Assembly (NCBI RefSeq): GCF_018350175.1
Contig: NC_058368.1
Span: 160,024,001-160,088,000 of the forward strand
Source: Felis catus
Taxonomy: Eukaryota
Direction: 5' to 3'
DNA: 64,000 nucleotides
The notes under the pieces were generated by a model, which made no database searches, was not told where the DNA came from, and saw only the letters and a list, made by a program, of their open reading frames with translations. Numbering within the stretch: the stretch's first letter is position 1; every line of letters starts with the position of its first letter. Shown one piece after another: positions 1 to 12,853 of this stretch. Made by a program: the position numbers and the translations under genes.

Positions 1-332
1 ATGCCAAAGGGGAAACAAAACTTGATTGTACTCTGAATTGTCTTTAACTCTGGAAGGATATTTCATTTTTTGTATTGGCTAAATTCATCTCTGGTCAGGA
101 ACTAAGAATTATTCCAACACTGCCTGATTTATGTGGTATAGATAAGGAATTTTCATGTTGTAATTTGAAAACTCTGCTAGTACATGAAGATCAAATTGAC
201 CAGAAACCTGGAACATGGTAGGCATTCGATAGTTGTTGTCCCTTGTGACTTAGCTAAAAATCACTGCCCTGTATACATTAGAGTTGTGAATTTTATGGTA
301 TGTGAGTTACATGTCAATTTTAAAAAGTTGCT

Positions 333-553
333 GGAATGCCTGGGTGGCTTAGTTGGCTAAGCTTCTGACTTCAGTTCAGGTCATGATCTCCTGTTTTGTG
401 AGTTAGAGCCTAGCGTCGGGCTCTGTGCTGACAGCTTGGAGACTGGAGGCTGCTTCAGATTCTGTGTCTCCCTCTCTCTCTGCCCCTCTCCCACTCACAA
501 TCTCTTCCCCCCGCCCCCGCCCCGTCTCTCTCTCAAAACCTAAATAAACATTT
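333..553 (+). mobile_element. Can-SINE (SINEC)
   Basis: tRNA-like head (tgcctgggtggcttagttgg), CT tract, AATAAA tail; TSD-like tttaaaaagttg on both sides. Confidence 0.93.
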
Positions 554-634
554 TAAAAAGTTGTTGAGTGAATAAAATGTTGCATTTTGAATGTAGATGT
601 TAATTCATGTAGCAATTTTAAAATGTTTATTTCT

Positions 635-1218
635 TTTTTTTGTCTTATTCCCTCTGAATTTTATTTTTATAGGTAATGTATGTATCCATTACAAGATGCT
701 AGCATTTCTAAAATTAATGCACAGATTGTACATATCAATATTTAATAAATAATGACCTGGTAATACAGTTATTAGTAATTATATTTCAAAATTTACATTT
801 CAATGTTAATGTGCTATGCTGTACAGTTTTTTTATTTGATTTAACTTTATTTTTTATTTTTTTAAAAATTTACATCCAAATTAGTTAGTATATAGTGAAG
901 CAATGAGTTCAGTAGATTCCTTAATGCCCCTTACCAATTTAGCCCATCCCCCCTCCCACAACCCCTCCAGCAACCCTCAGTTTGTTCTCCATATTTATGA
1001 GTCTCTTTTGTTTTGTCCCCTCCCTGTTTTTATATTATTTTTGTTTCCTTCCCCTTATGTTCATCATTTTTCTCTCTTAAAGTCCTCATATGAGTGAACT
1101 CATATGACTTTTGTCTTTCTCTGACTGACTAATTTCACTTAGCATAATATCCTCCAGTTCCATCCATGTAGTTGCAAATGGCAAGATTTCATTCTTTTTG
1201 ATTGCTGAGTACTACTCC

Positions 1219-1259
<41 letters not shown>

Positions 1260-1426
1260 CACATTTTCTTTATCCATTCATCCATTGATGGACATTTGGG
1301 CTCTTTCCATACTTTGGCTATTGTTGATAGTGCTGCTATAAACATGGGGGTGCATCTGTTCCTTCAAAACAGCACACCTGTATCCCTTGGATAAATGCCT
1401 AGTAATGCAGTTGCTGGGTTGTAAGG
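635..1426 (-). mobile_element. 5'-truncated carnivore L1 3' end (~827-1426) plus 3'-transduced segment (~642-826)
   Basis: L1 ORF2 end/3'UTR on the minus strand (ccatcaatggatgaatggataaagaaaatgtg); taaaatgtttatttct repeated at 619-634 and 1427-1442. Confidence 0.85.
1221..1257. repeat. (TG)n microsatellite within L1
   Basis: Read directly. Confidence 0.98.
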
Positions 1427-1964
1427 TAAAATGTTTATTTCTGATGCTCAGAATAAAACAACAATAACGAAAGACAAGAGAAAACAAAATAAAAACAGGA
1501 AATATACATAAAATACCTAATAGCAGCATTAGTTGTCAGGAGACATTAAAGATATTTGAGATATATCCTTGAACTTTGAGATTTTGGCAAGCCTGCATAT
1601 AAAAGAAATTTCCTTGCTGTTTTTTTCAAAGGCAAAATAGTGATTAGATCAGCTGTGATCCTTTATGACACTTAATTTTTTTTTTTTTTTTTTTTGCTTT
1701 GGAAGTGTTACACTTAAATTTAATAACATGAATTCATGATGCCTCATATGTTGCATATTATTTCCTTGGATCAATTTCTTAATGCAGTGATAGTCATGGG
1801 CTTTTTTATTAACTATAAAAATTTACAATGTTTGATCAATCTCAACATGAATGCAGTATTTTAATATCTTTCCTCCTTTCTGAGTAAATGAATATTTGTT
1901 GGGAGAGGTATTAGGAATCTAATAAGTTAGTTTAAAATAAAATCTTTCATATTTGGTTTACTTT

Positions 1965-2935
1965 TTTCCAGTTTTATTGAAAAATAATTGACATACATCA
2001 CTAAGGCATACAGAATGATGGTTTGATTTATATATATTGTGAAATGATTACAACAATAGCTTCAGCTAACATCCATTTTCTCATTATAGATACAATAAAA
2101 AGAAAAGAAAAATGAAAAAATTTTCTTCTTGCGATGAACTCTTAGGAATTATTGTAACTTTTTTTCTATATATCATATAGCAGTATTAGCTGTAGTCATC
2201 ATGTTATACATTACATCCCTAATACATATTTATCTTATAGCTATAAGTTTGTACCTTTTGACCACCTTCCTCCAATTCCCTCTCCCCCAACCCTCCTGCC
2301 TCTGTTAACCACAAGTCTGATCTCTTTTTCTATGAGTTTCGATTTTTTGGTTTTTGGTTTTTGGTTTTGGTTTATTTTAAACTCCACATACAAGTGAGGT
2401 CATAGAGTGTCTTTCTCTGTCTTATTTCGCTTAGCATAATGCCTTCAAAGTTTCTCCACGTTGTCACAAAACAAATGGTAGGATTTTTATGGCTGAGTAA
2501 TATTCCACTGTGTGTATAGGTAGGAGGGTAAATGACTGCTTTGCCACTCATGCATTGATGGATACTTAGATTGTCCCATATCTTGGCTATTGTAAATAAT
2601 GTTGTTGTGAACATGGAGGTGCACATGTGTTTTCGAGTTGGTTTTCATTACCTTTGGATGCATACCCAGAAGTGGAATTGCCGGACCATGCCGTAGTTCT
2701 GTTTTTAATTTGTTGAGGATCCTCCATATTATTTTCTGTCATGACTGCCCCAGTTTACATTCCCAACATCATTGCACGAGGGTTCCCTTTTTTACACATC
2801 CTCATCAGCATTTCTTGTCTCTTGTTTTTTTTTTGATGATGGCCAGATGTGAGGTGATATCTCATTGTGATTGTAATTTTCATTTCCCAAATGATTAGTG
2901 ATATTGTGTATATTTTCATGTACCTATTAGTACCT
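1965..2935 (-). mobile_element. Older L1 3' fragment (L1_Carn/L1MA-like)
   Basis: Minus ORFs 2372-2626 and 2755-2940 resemble the L1 ORF2 C-terminus (CTSMF..LFTIAKIW, MRYHLT). Confidence 0.88.
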
Positions 2936-4156
2936 TTCACATTTCTTATGGTTTATTTCTTATCTTCACCATATAATTAACAGGAGAGGGCAGTAACAGA
3001 CTACTTTCAAGAATTCTATAGCTTAGCATATATGTCAGAGGCAAAATTCTATAATTTTGCTTTTAAGATGCTTCCTTCAGTTTTATGTTCTTTAAGCTCT
3101 TAAAATTCATTACTAATGAATCATTTATACCTCAAATGTATCCCTTATAGCATGAAGGATCCTTAGTAATTGTGTAACCCCTCATTTTATAGGTAAGAAA
3201 ATGAAAGCCTAAAGAGTTTATGTGATATATGCAAAATTATGTAACCACTTGATGGCAGAATTTGATTTTGCCCTTAATATCACCCACACAACAAACCATT
3301 TTTTTTTAGTATGTGTCCATGAAATGGAAACTACTTATGAACTTTGCAGTAGATTTAGAAGAGATCTAAAGAAATTTAGGCTTGAATAATGTCAAGTTTA
3401 TCCCCTCAGAATTATTTAATAATTCAAAAAAATGAGTCAAAAATTATTAATTTGTATTACCCGAATTCACAAATAAATCTGATGCCTCTTCCCGATCCTA
3501 TTCCTGGTTTTCACTGACTACTACTATTTCTATTACTATGTTAGTATTTACATACATCTGAATTCTTTACAAAGAGGATTTGAGACAACCCAGAAACATA
3601 TTTTTATAAAGCGTGGAAGTCTTAGATTTGCTTTGTACTACAGTATTAAGTTTGGATGATCTATAAAAATAATTGCATATGAAATCCCAGGTCTGTATTA
3701 CTTTGCTTGACTAGATGCTTCTTTTATTATTCAGTCAGTAAGAACTCTGCATTGCCCTGCTTATGGTGCATCTGGGGGCTTTCCCTGCTCTGAACTATGG
3801 TTCCCCCTCCTTACCACCAAAAAGCTAAAACTTTGGTTATGTTGTGTGCACATAACCTCCAGACACCAGAGTCCTGGCAAGAGCCTGGCCCTCACTGTCA
3901 TATAAGTGCCTCTGAGAGCTCCAAATGAGCCCAAGCAGAAATAGTGTAAGTCCCTTCCAAAAAAAAAAAAAAAAATCATTACAATACATTATATGTCTGT
4001 TAAAAATTATCCTTAGTAAGCACTATGATAGGCTGTGAAAATTTCTGGCAAACATCTCATTTGTTATTATGTAGGTAGCTCTGAATAATATAATACAGTT
4101 CCCATTCTAATGCTACAATATAAGCAAACTGTAAAGATCAGGGCATAAGAGAGACA

Positions 4157-4360
4157 TTAAAAAATATGTATTTATTTATTTTAAGAGAGAGAGAGAGTAA
4201 GAGAGAGAGAATGGGGGAGGGGCAGGGAGAGAGGGAGAGAATCCCAGGCAGGCTCCACACTGTGGAGCCTGCCTCAATGCTCAGCCTCACAAACCATGAG
4301 ATATGACCTGAGCTGAAATAAAGAGTTGGATACTTAAACAGCTGAGCCACCCAGGCACCC
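4157..4360 (-). mobile_element. Can-SINE
   Basis: ctgagccacccaggcaccc end, AG tract, T-rich tail. Confidence 0.93.
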
Positions 4361-4662
4361 TAAAATAGACAGTTTAATTGACTGTTTCTTTTAGGGAAGA
4401 GATAAGCTTTCTCGACCTTGGTTTTCCCACCCAGGTTTATGCTGTTTCCACCTCTGGGATATGAGTTGGAAAATTGTTCTTACTAGTAGCTTCACAACAA
4501 CAGCAGGTTCAGTCAGTGTACCAACATATTTGTTAAATCGCCAAAATGCTTTTGTCATCAGTAATCATTTTTTTACTATATACTGACTGATAAACCAGAG
4601 AATAACTAAATACACACACGCATGCGAGCGAGCTCACGCCTATGAAGATATAAGCGAGAGTC

Positions 4663-5130
4663 TGTAGTGGATGCTGTGCTTTTACACCCAGATTTCAACC
4701 CTTTAAGGACTGAGACACCCATGCTTGCATCTGCCTAGAGTATTGGCTGCTGACTGTTCATAGTTGTATTCTCTGGAAATTCATCTTGACCTAAAAAAAA
4801 CTCCTGCATCAAATTTACACCCCCTCTGTTGATGTCGGGAATTTCTCTCAAGGGGCTTCTGAGCTCCAAGTGGGTTAACTGAGGCCTGTGTTATAACTGC
4901 ATCACAGTTCAAATTCTCCCTCTTTCCGAGGTGCCTGGGTGGCTCAGTTGGTTAAGTGTCTGATTCTTGATTTCTGCTCAAGTCATGATCTCATAGTCTC
5001 AAGATTGACCCCCTCTCCTCTCACCACCCCCCCACCCCCGCATCAATGCAAAGCCTGCTTAGGATTCTCTCTTGCCCTTTCTCTCTCTCTGCCCCCTCCC
5101 TGCTCTGGCCTAAATAAATAAATAAGTAAG

Positions 5131-5165
<35 letters not shown>

Positions 5166-5322
5166 ATATTTTTAAAAATAAGCAAATTCTCCCTCTTTCC
5201 CATCCTATTTCTCTTACCTCTCACAGATCTTTTTAACAAGAGAATCTCCCTCCTCCATGGGACCCCTACATGCAGATCTTAGAATCTTAGAGTCTGTTTC
5301 CTGAGATCCCAATCTGCAATAA
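4663..5322 (+). mobile_element. ERVL LTR16-like solo LTR, split by a SINE
   Basis: Starts tgtagtggatgctgtg...cccagat, ends agagtctgtttcctgagatcccaatctgcaa; recalled LTR16 termini. Confidence 0.7.
4928..5182 (+). mobile_element. Can-SINE with (TAAA)n tail
   Basis: Perfect 18-bp TSD caaattctccctctttcc at 4910-4927 and 5183-5200. Confidence 0.95.
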
Positions 5323-5650
5323 TATACATATTTATATATGTGAAAATGGAGGAGAGAAAGGAAGAATCTGAATGAGGTGATTAATTTTCGCTATCACATG
5401 TAGCATAATCATGGGGGAAGGATAAGAAAATAAGACTTGAATAACAAATTAATTTTCTTAAATACCACTGGCCCTATTTTATCTATATTCCTTTTACTGG
5501 ATGATCTTCTTCCATATATCCCTAAATGTTAAACTACCTCATCCTTCCATGCTTCATTCTTTTTTCTCTATACGATTCCATGAGCAATCTTTACATTCAA
5601 ATTACTCCTATGAAATTCCTTAACACTTACAAATGGATTCCTAAATCTTT

Positions 5651-5684
5651 CTTTTTTTAAAGTTTATTTCTTTATTTTGAGAGG

Positions 5685-5719
<35 letters not shown>

Positions 5720-5882
5720 CGAGCAGGGAGGGGGCAGGAAGAGGGAGAGACAGAATCCCAAGCAGGATCTGAGCTGTCAGTGAGGAGCTTGATGTGGGGG
5801 CTTGAACCCATAAATCACAAGATCATGACCTGAGCCAGCATCAAGAGTCAGATGCTCAACTGACTGAGCCACCCAGGTGCTC
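5651..5882 (-). mobile_element. Can-SINE
   Basis: TSD tggattcctaaatcttt at 5634-5650 and 5883-5899; (GA)n tract. Confidence 0.95.
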
Positions 5883-8589
5883 TGGATTCCTAAATCTTTA
5901 GTTCCAGCTCTAATGTCTTTTCTAAGATGTACATAAAATTTTCCAAAGGCCTTTTTGATTTCTCAAGTTGAATGTTTTACAGACACTTCATCATGTTCAG
6001 AAGTAAACTCATAAAACGAACAAAACTGCTCCCCCATAGTCTCCATTCCTTTTTAATACAATCACTATATTCTCAGTTCCTCAAAGTAGATTACCTTAAT
6101 CATGGTTATTCTTAAGAGTTTGCAAACACTTGGTCACCAAATCTTGAAGATTACAATAAAACAAATGTGTCCCAAATCTATTTTTTCCTTGACTTTCTTC
6201 AGGCCCTCTCTCTTTTGTTACTTTTTTTGCCCAAAAGCCCATCTATATATCAAGTTTTGCTCCTTTAACCATCCCCCCGCTTTCTCTCTCAGTCCTGTAC
6301 CTCTTAGTCTAATTCACTATAGGTCACTTAACTGTAGGCCTATAAAAGACACTACTCAGTGGTGGTTGCAAAACCCATTCTGGGCCCCACTTCCCTGGTT
6401 CTGGTCCATTTCTTATACACACACTGAGTCTTCACTCCATCTCTTCTACTTCCTAAACTTGGCATTTGTGTGTATGTTCTGGCTCTTAAATCTTGAATTT
6501 TGAGATTCTGACTTACCTTTTTTTATTCTGGGCCTCTGCAGTCAATGTAGTTACCGTGGTCATTCCCATGCTTGAAGGTCTGTAGCCCAGGGCAGCCTAA
6601 TACTTAATCCCTGTGTGGGGACAATGGGCGTTTTGCGGCTGTTGATTCTAGGAACATACATTTCCTAAAGATAGGTGCGAAAATACACTTTAAATCAGCA
6701 GTTTTTTTCAACAAAAAAAAATTTTTGAGTATACACTAACGCTAGATGCAGTTCTGATTGCTAATGATACAGCAGTCAACGAAAATGCTTGTAGTCTAGT
6801 GGGATAAGCACATCTGTTGAAGCCCAGAGATGAGGGAGGGGAATGCTGACCATAATATTTATACCTACCCACCTGGCTGAACTAGTTAGTTAAGAAGAGA
6901 AACTGCTTGTCCTGCAGGTACCAGCATCTTCTCCCACAGCTGTCCCAGGGATCTGCAAGTCGACATTGCTTCATCTCCTCAAACATGTCTCGAGGTCAAT
7001 GAGAAAAAATGCCTTTCTTGCTTAAGCAACTGCAAATCTACATGGAAGCCCAAGACTTATAATTGGCATGTTTAATAGGGTAACAGTTTACAATATAACA
7101 CTGATACAATTTAGTGCTTTTTTTTTTGCATCTTTTCTCCCCCAGGGTTTGAGACTTCTTACACATAAAAGAGCTAGAGACTATTATACAAAAGAAGCTG
7201 CACCAAAAAGGGCATTGGTGAGCTTTAGACTCAAAAGCTGACTTTCTTGACCTCTCTAGGAAGAGAATTGTCTTGCAAACCTGGAGAGTGAAAAGGTTTT
7301 CCCAAACTCCTCTTACTTGCATTTAACATATCAAAAGCTAGGCCTGATAGCTATTGGGCTTTCAAAGCACCACTAATCACAATAGAAAACAATGTGTTAT
7401 GACCGAGTTCACTTGTATGTATTATATTCAGTATCTATCTATCTATCTATCTGCCATCTTTCTATCTATCATCTATCTCTGTTATAGCTGAAACGAAGCT
7501 GTTACATAAAAAACTCTTATTGTTTGCAATGTATTTTGATATACTTTATTCATTATAATTTCATTTCTTTTTAATACACTATTCACAACACACTGAACTG
7601 TGATCAGAGTAAAAAACAAACAAAAAAAACTAGCCTAGTGGTTTTTTAAAAGGGAGAATTCAATTAGACAGAAAAAGGAAGGAGGTTCAGTCAGTTTCTG
7701 GATGGGAGAGCAGGGGCTGAGGCAAAGCTTAAGGGAGAGAATCAGAAGGATTAGACTATTCAAATCCTTGATGTGGAGTAGAATTGATCAGAAGGAAAAT
7801 ATAATATCTTCTATTAGAGGATGAAATTATATTAATGTGGGTTATCCAGAGCAAAATGTATGAGGTCACTGAATTCAGGGGAAAGTGTAAGGTCAGGAAA
7901 ACATTGTGAAAAATAGATAAGGATGAGGCAACTGCAGAATGTTTACATTCTTATGATGATAAGCATAGGAGGAGCTAAAGACCACAATTGTAGTTTGACC
8001 AAAGGAGAGGCTCTAACTGACTTACGCTGTAGAAGGCCACACTCCTGATGTCCTGAGCAATGTAATCCCTCTTCATGATAATGATATTTTAATAAGAAGA
8101 GAAAATAAGAAAACGAAGTCATGGTTAAACAGCGGTAGAGCAACCTGTGGTCTAGTTATTGTTACCTTGTGGAAAAACAAGGTAGCAATTGGAGGGTAAG
8201 GGAGAGAAATTGTGGAAGAAAGATGAGAACATAAAAATGGTAATAAACTCGGGTGAGGCATAAATATGTATAGACCTGCATACATAGAAAGTACTTGGAT
8301 GCCTTAGCCCTGTTATATTTAACTGAGAAGGTCGTGTTCAGTATAGAGATAATAAAAGTTTGTGTGTCTGCATTGCCTCATTAGTGTGTCCCATCCTGCA
8401 CCTTTGAAGCAACAAGTAGATTAGGCTGCGGTTTTCCTGGACAGGATTAAGTTTAGATTTATTTATTTATTTTTTCTTATGTGCTTCCCAAAAGCTAGTG
8501 GGGGCTTATAAGGAAGATCAAATAGGTTACAGAAAATGAAAATACCCCAGTTATTGTATATCTGAGTGTAGGAAGTAAATGTGTGACCC

Positions 8590-9072
8590 TATCCCTATGA
8601 TCTTTGCTCAGATGTTACCTTCCTACAGGCCTTCTCTGACCATTCTGTTTATAATAGTTCCCCAGCTACCATTTATTCTCCTATTCTGCTTTACTTTTCT
8701 ATATAGCATTTATCACAAATGAACAATTGTGTGTGTGTATGAATAGTATAATGAATTGCCATGTCTCATCACCAAGCTTCAATAATTATCAATATTTTAC
8801 TAATGTTATTTAACCTATACCCCCACTACTTTTGATATATTTTAAAGCAAATCTCAGACATTCTGGCATTTCCTTCCATACTGTACATTTTACTTACTAT
8901 GTTTAAAATGTCTGTCCTACCTTACTAGAATATGTGCTAGATGAAGGCAGCGATTTTTATTTGCTGTAATCACAGAAACATTCCCAGAACTTAAAACACA
9001 CACACACACACACAGACACACAGTTTCCTGGCACATAATAAGTGCTCAATAAATACTTTCTAATGAATGGAA
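8590..9072 (+). mobile_element. L2 3' end, interrupted
   Basis: cctggcacataataagtgctcaataaatac...gaatg L2 terminus. Confidence 0.7.
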
Positions 9073-10239
9073 ATGGAATCTAAAAAGTAATATTTTTAGT
9101 CTTTTGCTAAGTAGCCATAGGAAAATGCATAATTTTATTTAGGTAACCTAGCAGTTTCCCATTGGTGAATTGTGTGTGGGTTTCTGGCCATCTTCTAGAC
9201 TATGTTTGAAATGTCCAGCCTACCCTAACAGAATATTTAGCACATCTGTATTGGAAAGTGTAAGTGTAGAATTTAAGTTCTTCTAGCAGCAACTGGCCTG
9301 AAATTGGCCCACACTTTATGACTTAGATCAGGAGGACCTCAAGAGAGAGCTGACTGGGAAGCTGGCCCAGACTGTGAGTCCACTAGTTGGCCACAGTTGA
9401 CAATAATTGAGACAATTAGGCAGAAACAACAAGTAGAGATTATGCCTTTTAGTGTCTGGTAGTAAGCCAGACACAGCTCCCATCAGGTCCTAAACTAGAC
9501 AAAAACACCATGCTCCACCATTTAAATGAGGAAATACAGACATAAGTCTTAATTGTACTCTTATGCTGATGTTGCTCTTAGAAATTTCAGTTCTCCCTCT
9601 TTAAACATAATGCCCCATACTATAGCACAACCCAGCTATCTCTTTCTTTGGGATTAGGACATTCCGGAGGACTTTCGTTATTCACTCCAATCCCCCTAGC
9701 CCGTCTGCAAAACCATCACCCTAGATTGATAAAATACTTACATCTTTCAAAGACCACATCAGAAACTTGGTAGATGCATTCACCAAAATGGCAGGCCTCA
9801 TTCTCTTTACTGAAACTTCAGTTCCCCTAGTCATTGTTGTCATATGATTTATTAAGAAAAACTACCTAATCCTGATATTCTAAATACTTCCAACACTCTC
9901 TGCTCAAGGTTCTGTATCTTCAGATCCATTTGTCCATCACTGACCGTCTTAGACCAGTTACTACACCAACCATGTTTTAGAAGATTATTTCCACTGCTAC
10001 TTACTATACAAGCCCAAGGCATAATCCACTACAGTGTAATTTTCAGAGTGTATTGCTCTACCCATTCAGCTAATCACAACATTCATGCAATCAAAGCTTC
10101 CATCCTTACTTCCCTATTTCCTGTCCTTCCAAATACAAGGCTCTGACTGTTATGTGGATGAGCTGCTCAAGAAAACCTGTACGGTCCCTGCTTCTCTTAG
10201 ACATTTAATGTTTTAACTTGGCCAGCATGTGATTTTTTC

Positions 10240-11050
10240 TTATGACAAAGCCATCAGCTTTTTTTAGGGCATCACCTCTCTTCCATTGTTAATTCACTTT
10301 ATTAGGTTGGGACTGATCCTCTCCTGGCTTTGATCCAGGATTGATTATGTGATCCAGTTGGAGAATCACGTTAATCGAGCCATAGTACTTGGGTCATGGA
10401 TAACTATGCAACAGAAGACAGGAAAATAATTTCTGAGCTATATTTGGAATTGCTGGGGAGCTAAATATCTCTCTTCATAACAGATTTAAACCGAAAATAA
10501 ACAACTTGAGCTGTTGGTGACAATTTTGCCACCATGTATGAAAAGCCTGCTTAAGGAGAACCTATCTGACATTGAAGTTAATGCAGGTGAAAACAGAATC
10601 AAGATATGGCTAGATAATATTAATTGAGCAATTACTATGTGACAGTCAACCACACAACTTGTAGTCTTACAAGTTGTTGTAGTCTTATAATAATCCTTAG
10701 AGGCAGGGTAAAGATTTATCATCCCCAATCTAGAGATGTGGTAAATGAGGCTAAATGTTTTGCCCAAAGTTTCACAGCTAGTGGTAAAGCTGAGACTTGA
10801 ACCTAGATTCTGGATCTAGAACTTGTGTTCATTACCAGTATGTTGCACTGGTAATTAGCTCTTACAAAAACATAGACTTCAGAAAAAAAGAGAGCGAGAG
10901 AGAGAGAGTGACAGAGACCAAGTTGTCTTTGAGTCCCTGAATATTTAGTTATGCCTGAAATTATAAACATCTTGATTTTTTTCAATTAAAAAAGCAGAGA
11001 TTTATCTCCCCTTCCTATCTTTTCTCCAGAAGTCAGTTTGAATCTCAAAA
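10240..11050. mobile_element. Old MaLR (MLT1-like) LTR pieces around a MIR (~10680-10835, minus)
   Basis: ttgccaccatg...aaagcctgc...gaatcaagatatgg MLT1-like; catcccca...gaggct...gcccaaagtttcacagctag MIR core. Confidence 0.55.
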
Positions 11051-11709
11051 CTGGAAAACCTGAATAATATACTGTCCAATATGGAAGGAACAATATAAAG
11101 TGTATAGAACCTATACCAAACATCAAAGCAGACAGACCAATGGGAAACACTGGATGGCTTTCTCTACCTTATAGGCATTTACACTTGCATTTCTATAAGG
11201 ATAATTCATAAGGTTCTTTAAAATAATTTGCTGAGTGAACCAACCCTTTAGTATCCCCCCCTATATTTACCCCTGCTCATTTATGCTATCTTTTATTTCT
11301 TCATGCCAAACCTGGCTGACAGACAAACTGCTCTACATCTAGGACCTATAGCTTCAGATGGGATAGCTTCAGATAGCTTCAGAATCTGAGTACATAGTAA
11401 CAGTAGTACACTGGTAACCTAGTATGCTGCAATTAACCTCCTACCAAGATTAGCTTTGAATATATACCACCTTTTTCTTATGTCATTCCAAAGAAACTTA
11501 GACTGAGCCCTGTTTAGCAGAGGGGATCTCAGTCGGATGTAGTGTCCATTTCAACTCTGTAGTCTTAAGTAATCCAAACACATCCACATACCATGAACCT
11601 AAAGATACAAGACTTGACCTTGTTCATTTGCTCTTTTTCTGTATCTGTTTTGATCTTGTTCTTAACTGACTCCTGACTCGTAGAAACACTTCTTATTTAT
11701 CATTCCATT

Positions 11710-11912
11710 TCTATAGGCAAAGATTTCTTGACCATCATTATAAAGTACATTAACCATAAAGGAAAAGATCGGCAAATATTGAAGTAGTGGATAATATTAA
11801 AATTAGGAACTTTTTTTCATCAAGAGCTACCATCAAGAGAGTGATAAAGCAAGCTAAGATAGGAAAAGACATTTGCTATGCATATAACAAATAAACCCTT
11901 CATATTAATAAG
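11710..11912 (+). mobile_element. Ancient L1M ORF2 remnant, target of the young L1
   Basis: aggcaaagatttctt...attaaaattaggaactt...catcaagagagtga...atttgctatgcatataac. Confidence 0.65.
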
Positions 11913-11943
11913 AAAGATAGGTAACAGGATTGTGGAGAGAGGG

Positions 11944-12853
11944 AAGATGGCGGCGTAGGAGGACGCTGGGCTCTCCGCGCGTCCTGCTGATCACTAGATT
12001 CCACCTACACCTGCCTAAATAACCCAGAAAACCGCCAGAGGATTAGCAGAACGGAGTCTCTGGAGCCAAGCGCAGACGAGAGGACCAGGGTAGGAAGGGC
12101 GGCGAGACGGTGCGTGCTCCACAGACTACCAGGAGGGAGCCGGGGCAGAGGGGCGGCTCGCCGGCCAAGCAGAGCCCCCGAGTCTGGCTTGCAAAAGCAG
12201 AGGGGCCTGACTGACTGTGTTCCGACAGCAAGCGCGACTTAGCGTCTGGGAGGTCATAAGTTAACAGCTCTGCTCAGAAAGCGGGAAGGCTGGAGGACAA
12301 AGGGAGGGAGAGCTGCTGAGCCCCCGGACGACAGAGCTCAGTTTGGTGGGGAACAAAGGTGTTCGCCAGCGCCATCTCCCCCACCCATCCCCCAGCCAAA
12401 ATCCCAAAGAGAACCAGTTCCTGCCAGGGAACTTGCTCGCTCTGCGCATACACCCAACTCTGCCCTTCTGTGGAGCCAAACCTCCGGCAGCAGATCTGAC
12501 TCCCTCCCGCTGCCACAGGGCCCCTCCTGAAGTGGATCACCTAAGGAGAAGCGAGCTAAGCCTGCCCCTCCTGCCCCCGTGCACCTTGCCTACCCACCCC
12601 AGCTAATACGCCAGATCCCCAGCATCACAAGCCTGGCAGTGTGCAAGTAGCCCAGACGGGCCGTGCCACCCCACAGTGAATCCCGCCCCTAGGAGAGGGG
12701 AAGAGAAGGCACACACCAGTCTGACTGTGGCCCCAGCGGTGGGCTGGGGGCAGACATCAGGTCGGACTGCGGCCCCGCCCACCAACTCCAGTTATACACC
12801 ACAGCACAGGGGAAGTGCCCTGCAGGTCCTCACCACTCCAGGGACTATCCAAA
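11944..12853 (+). promoter_or_regulatory. L1 5'UTR internal promoter with YY1 site AAGATGGCGGC (11944-11954)
   Basis: Exact YY1 consensus at the element start; the main GC/CpG-rich segment of the window. Confidence 0.85.

Noticed and set aside
3556..3660. Minus-strand exon-like unit (ttatag|...GAT|GTATGT)
   Set aside because: Weak donor and stops in all frames; too little support on its own
6102..6503. 133-aa ORF
   Set aside because: No recognisable homology; T-rich composition, partly over degenerate L2-like DNA
11348..11383. Triple atagcttcag repeat, CRISPR-like at a glance
   Set aside because: Tiny slippage duplication with no spacers, in a eukaryotic context
12043..12785. Antisense ORFs in the L1 5'UTR as an ORF0 analogue
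   Set aside because: They arise readily in GC-rich DNA, at least one (12540) starts at GTG, and I see no recognisable homology
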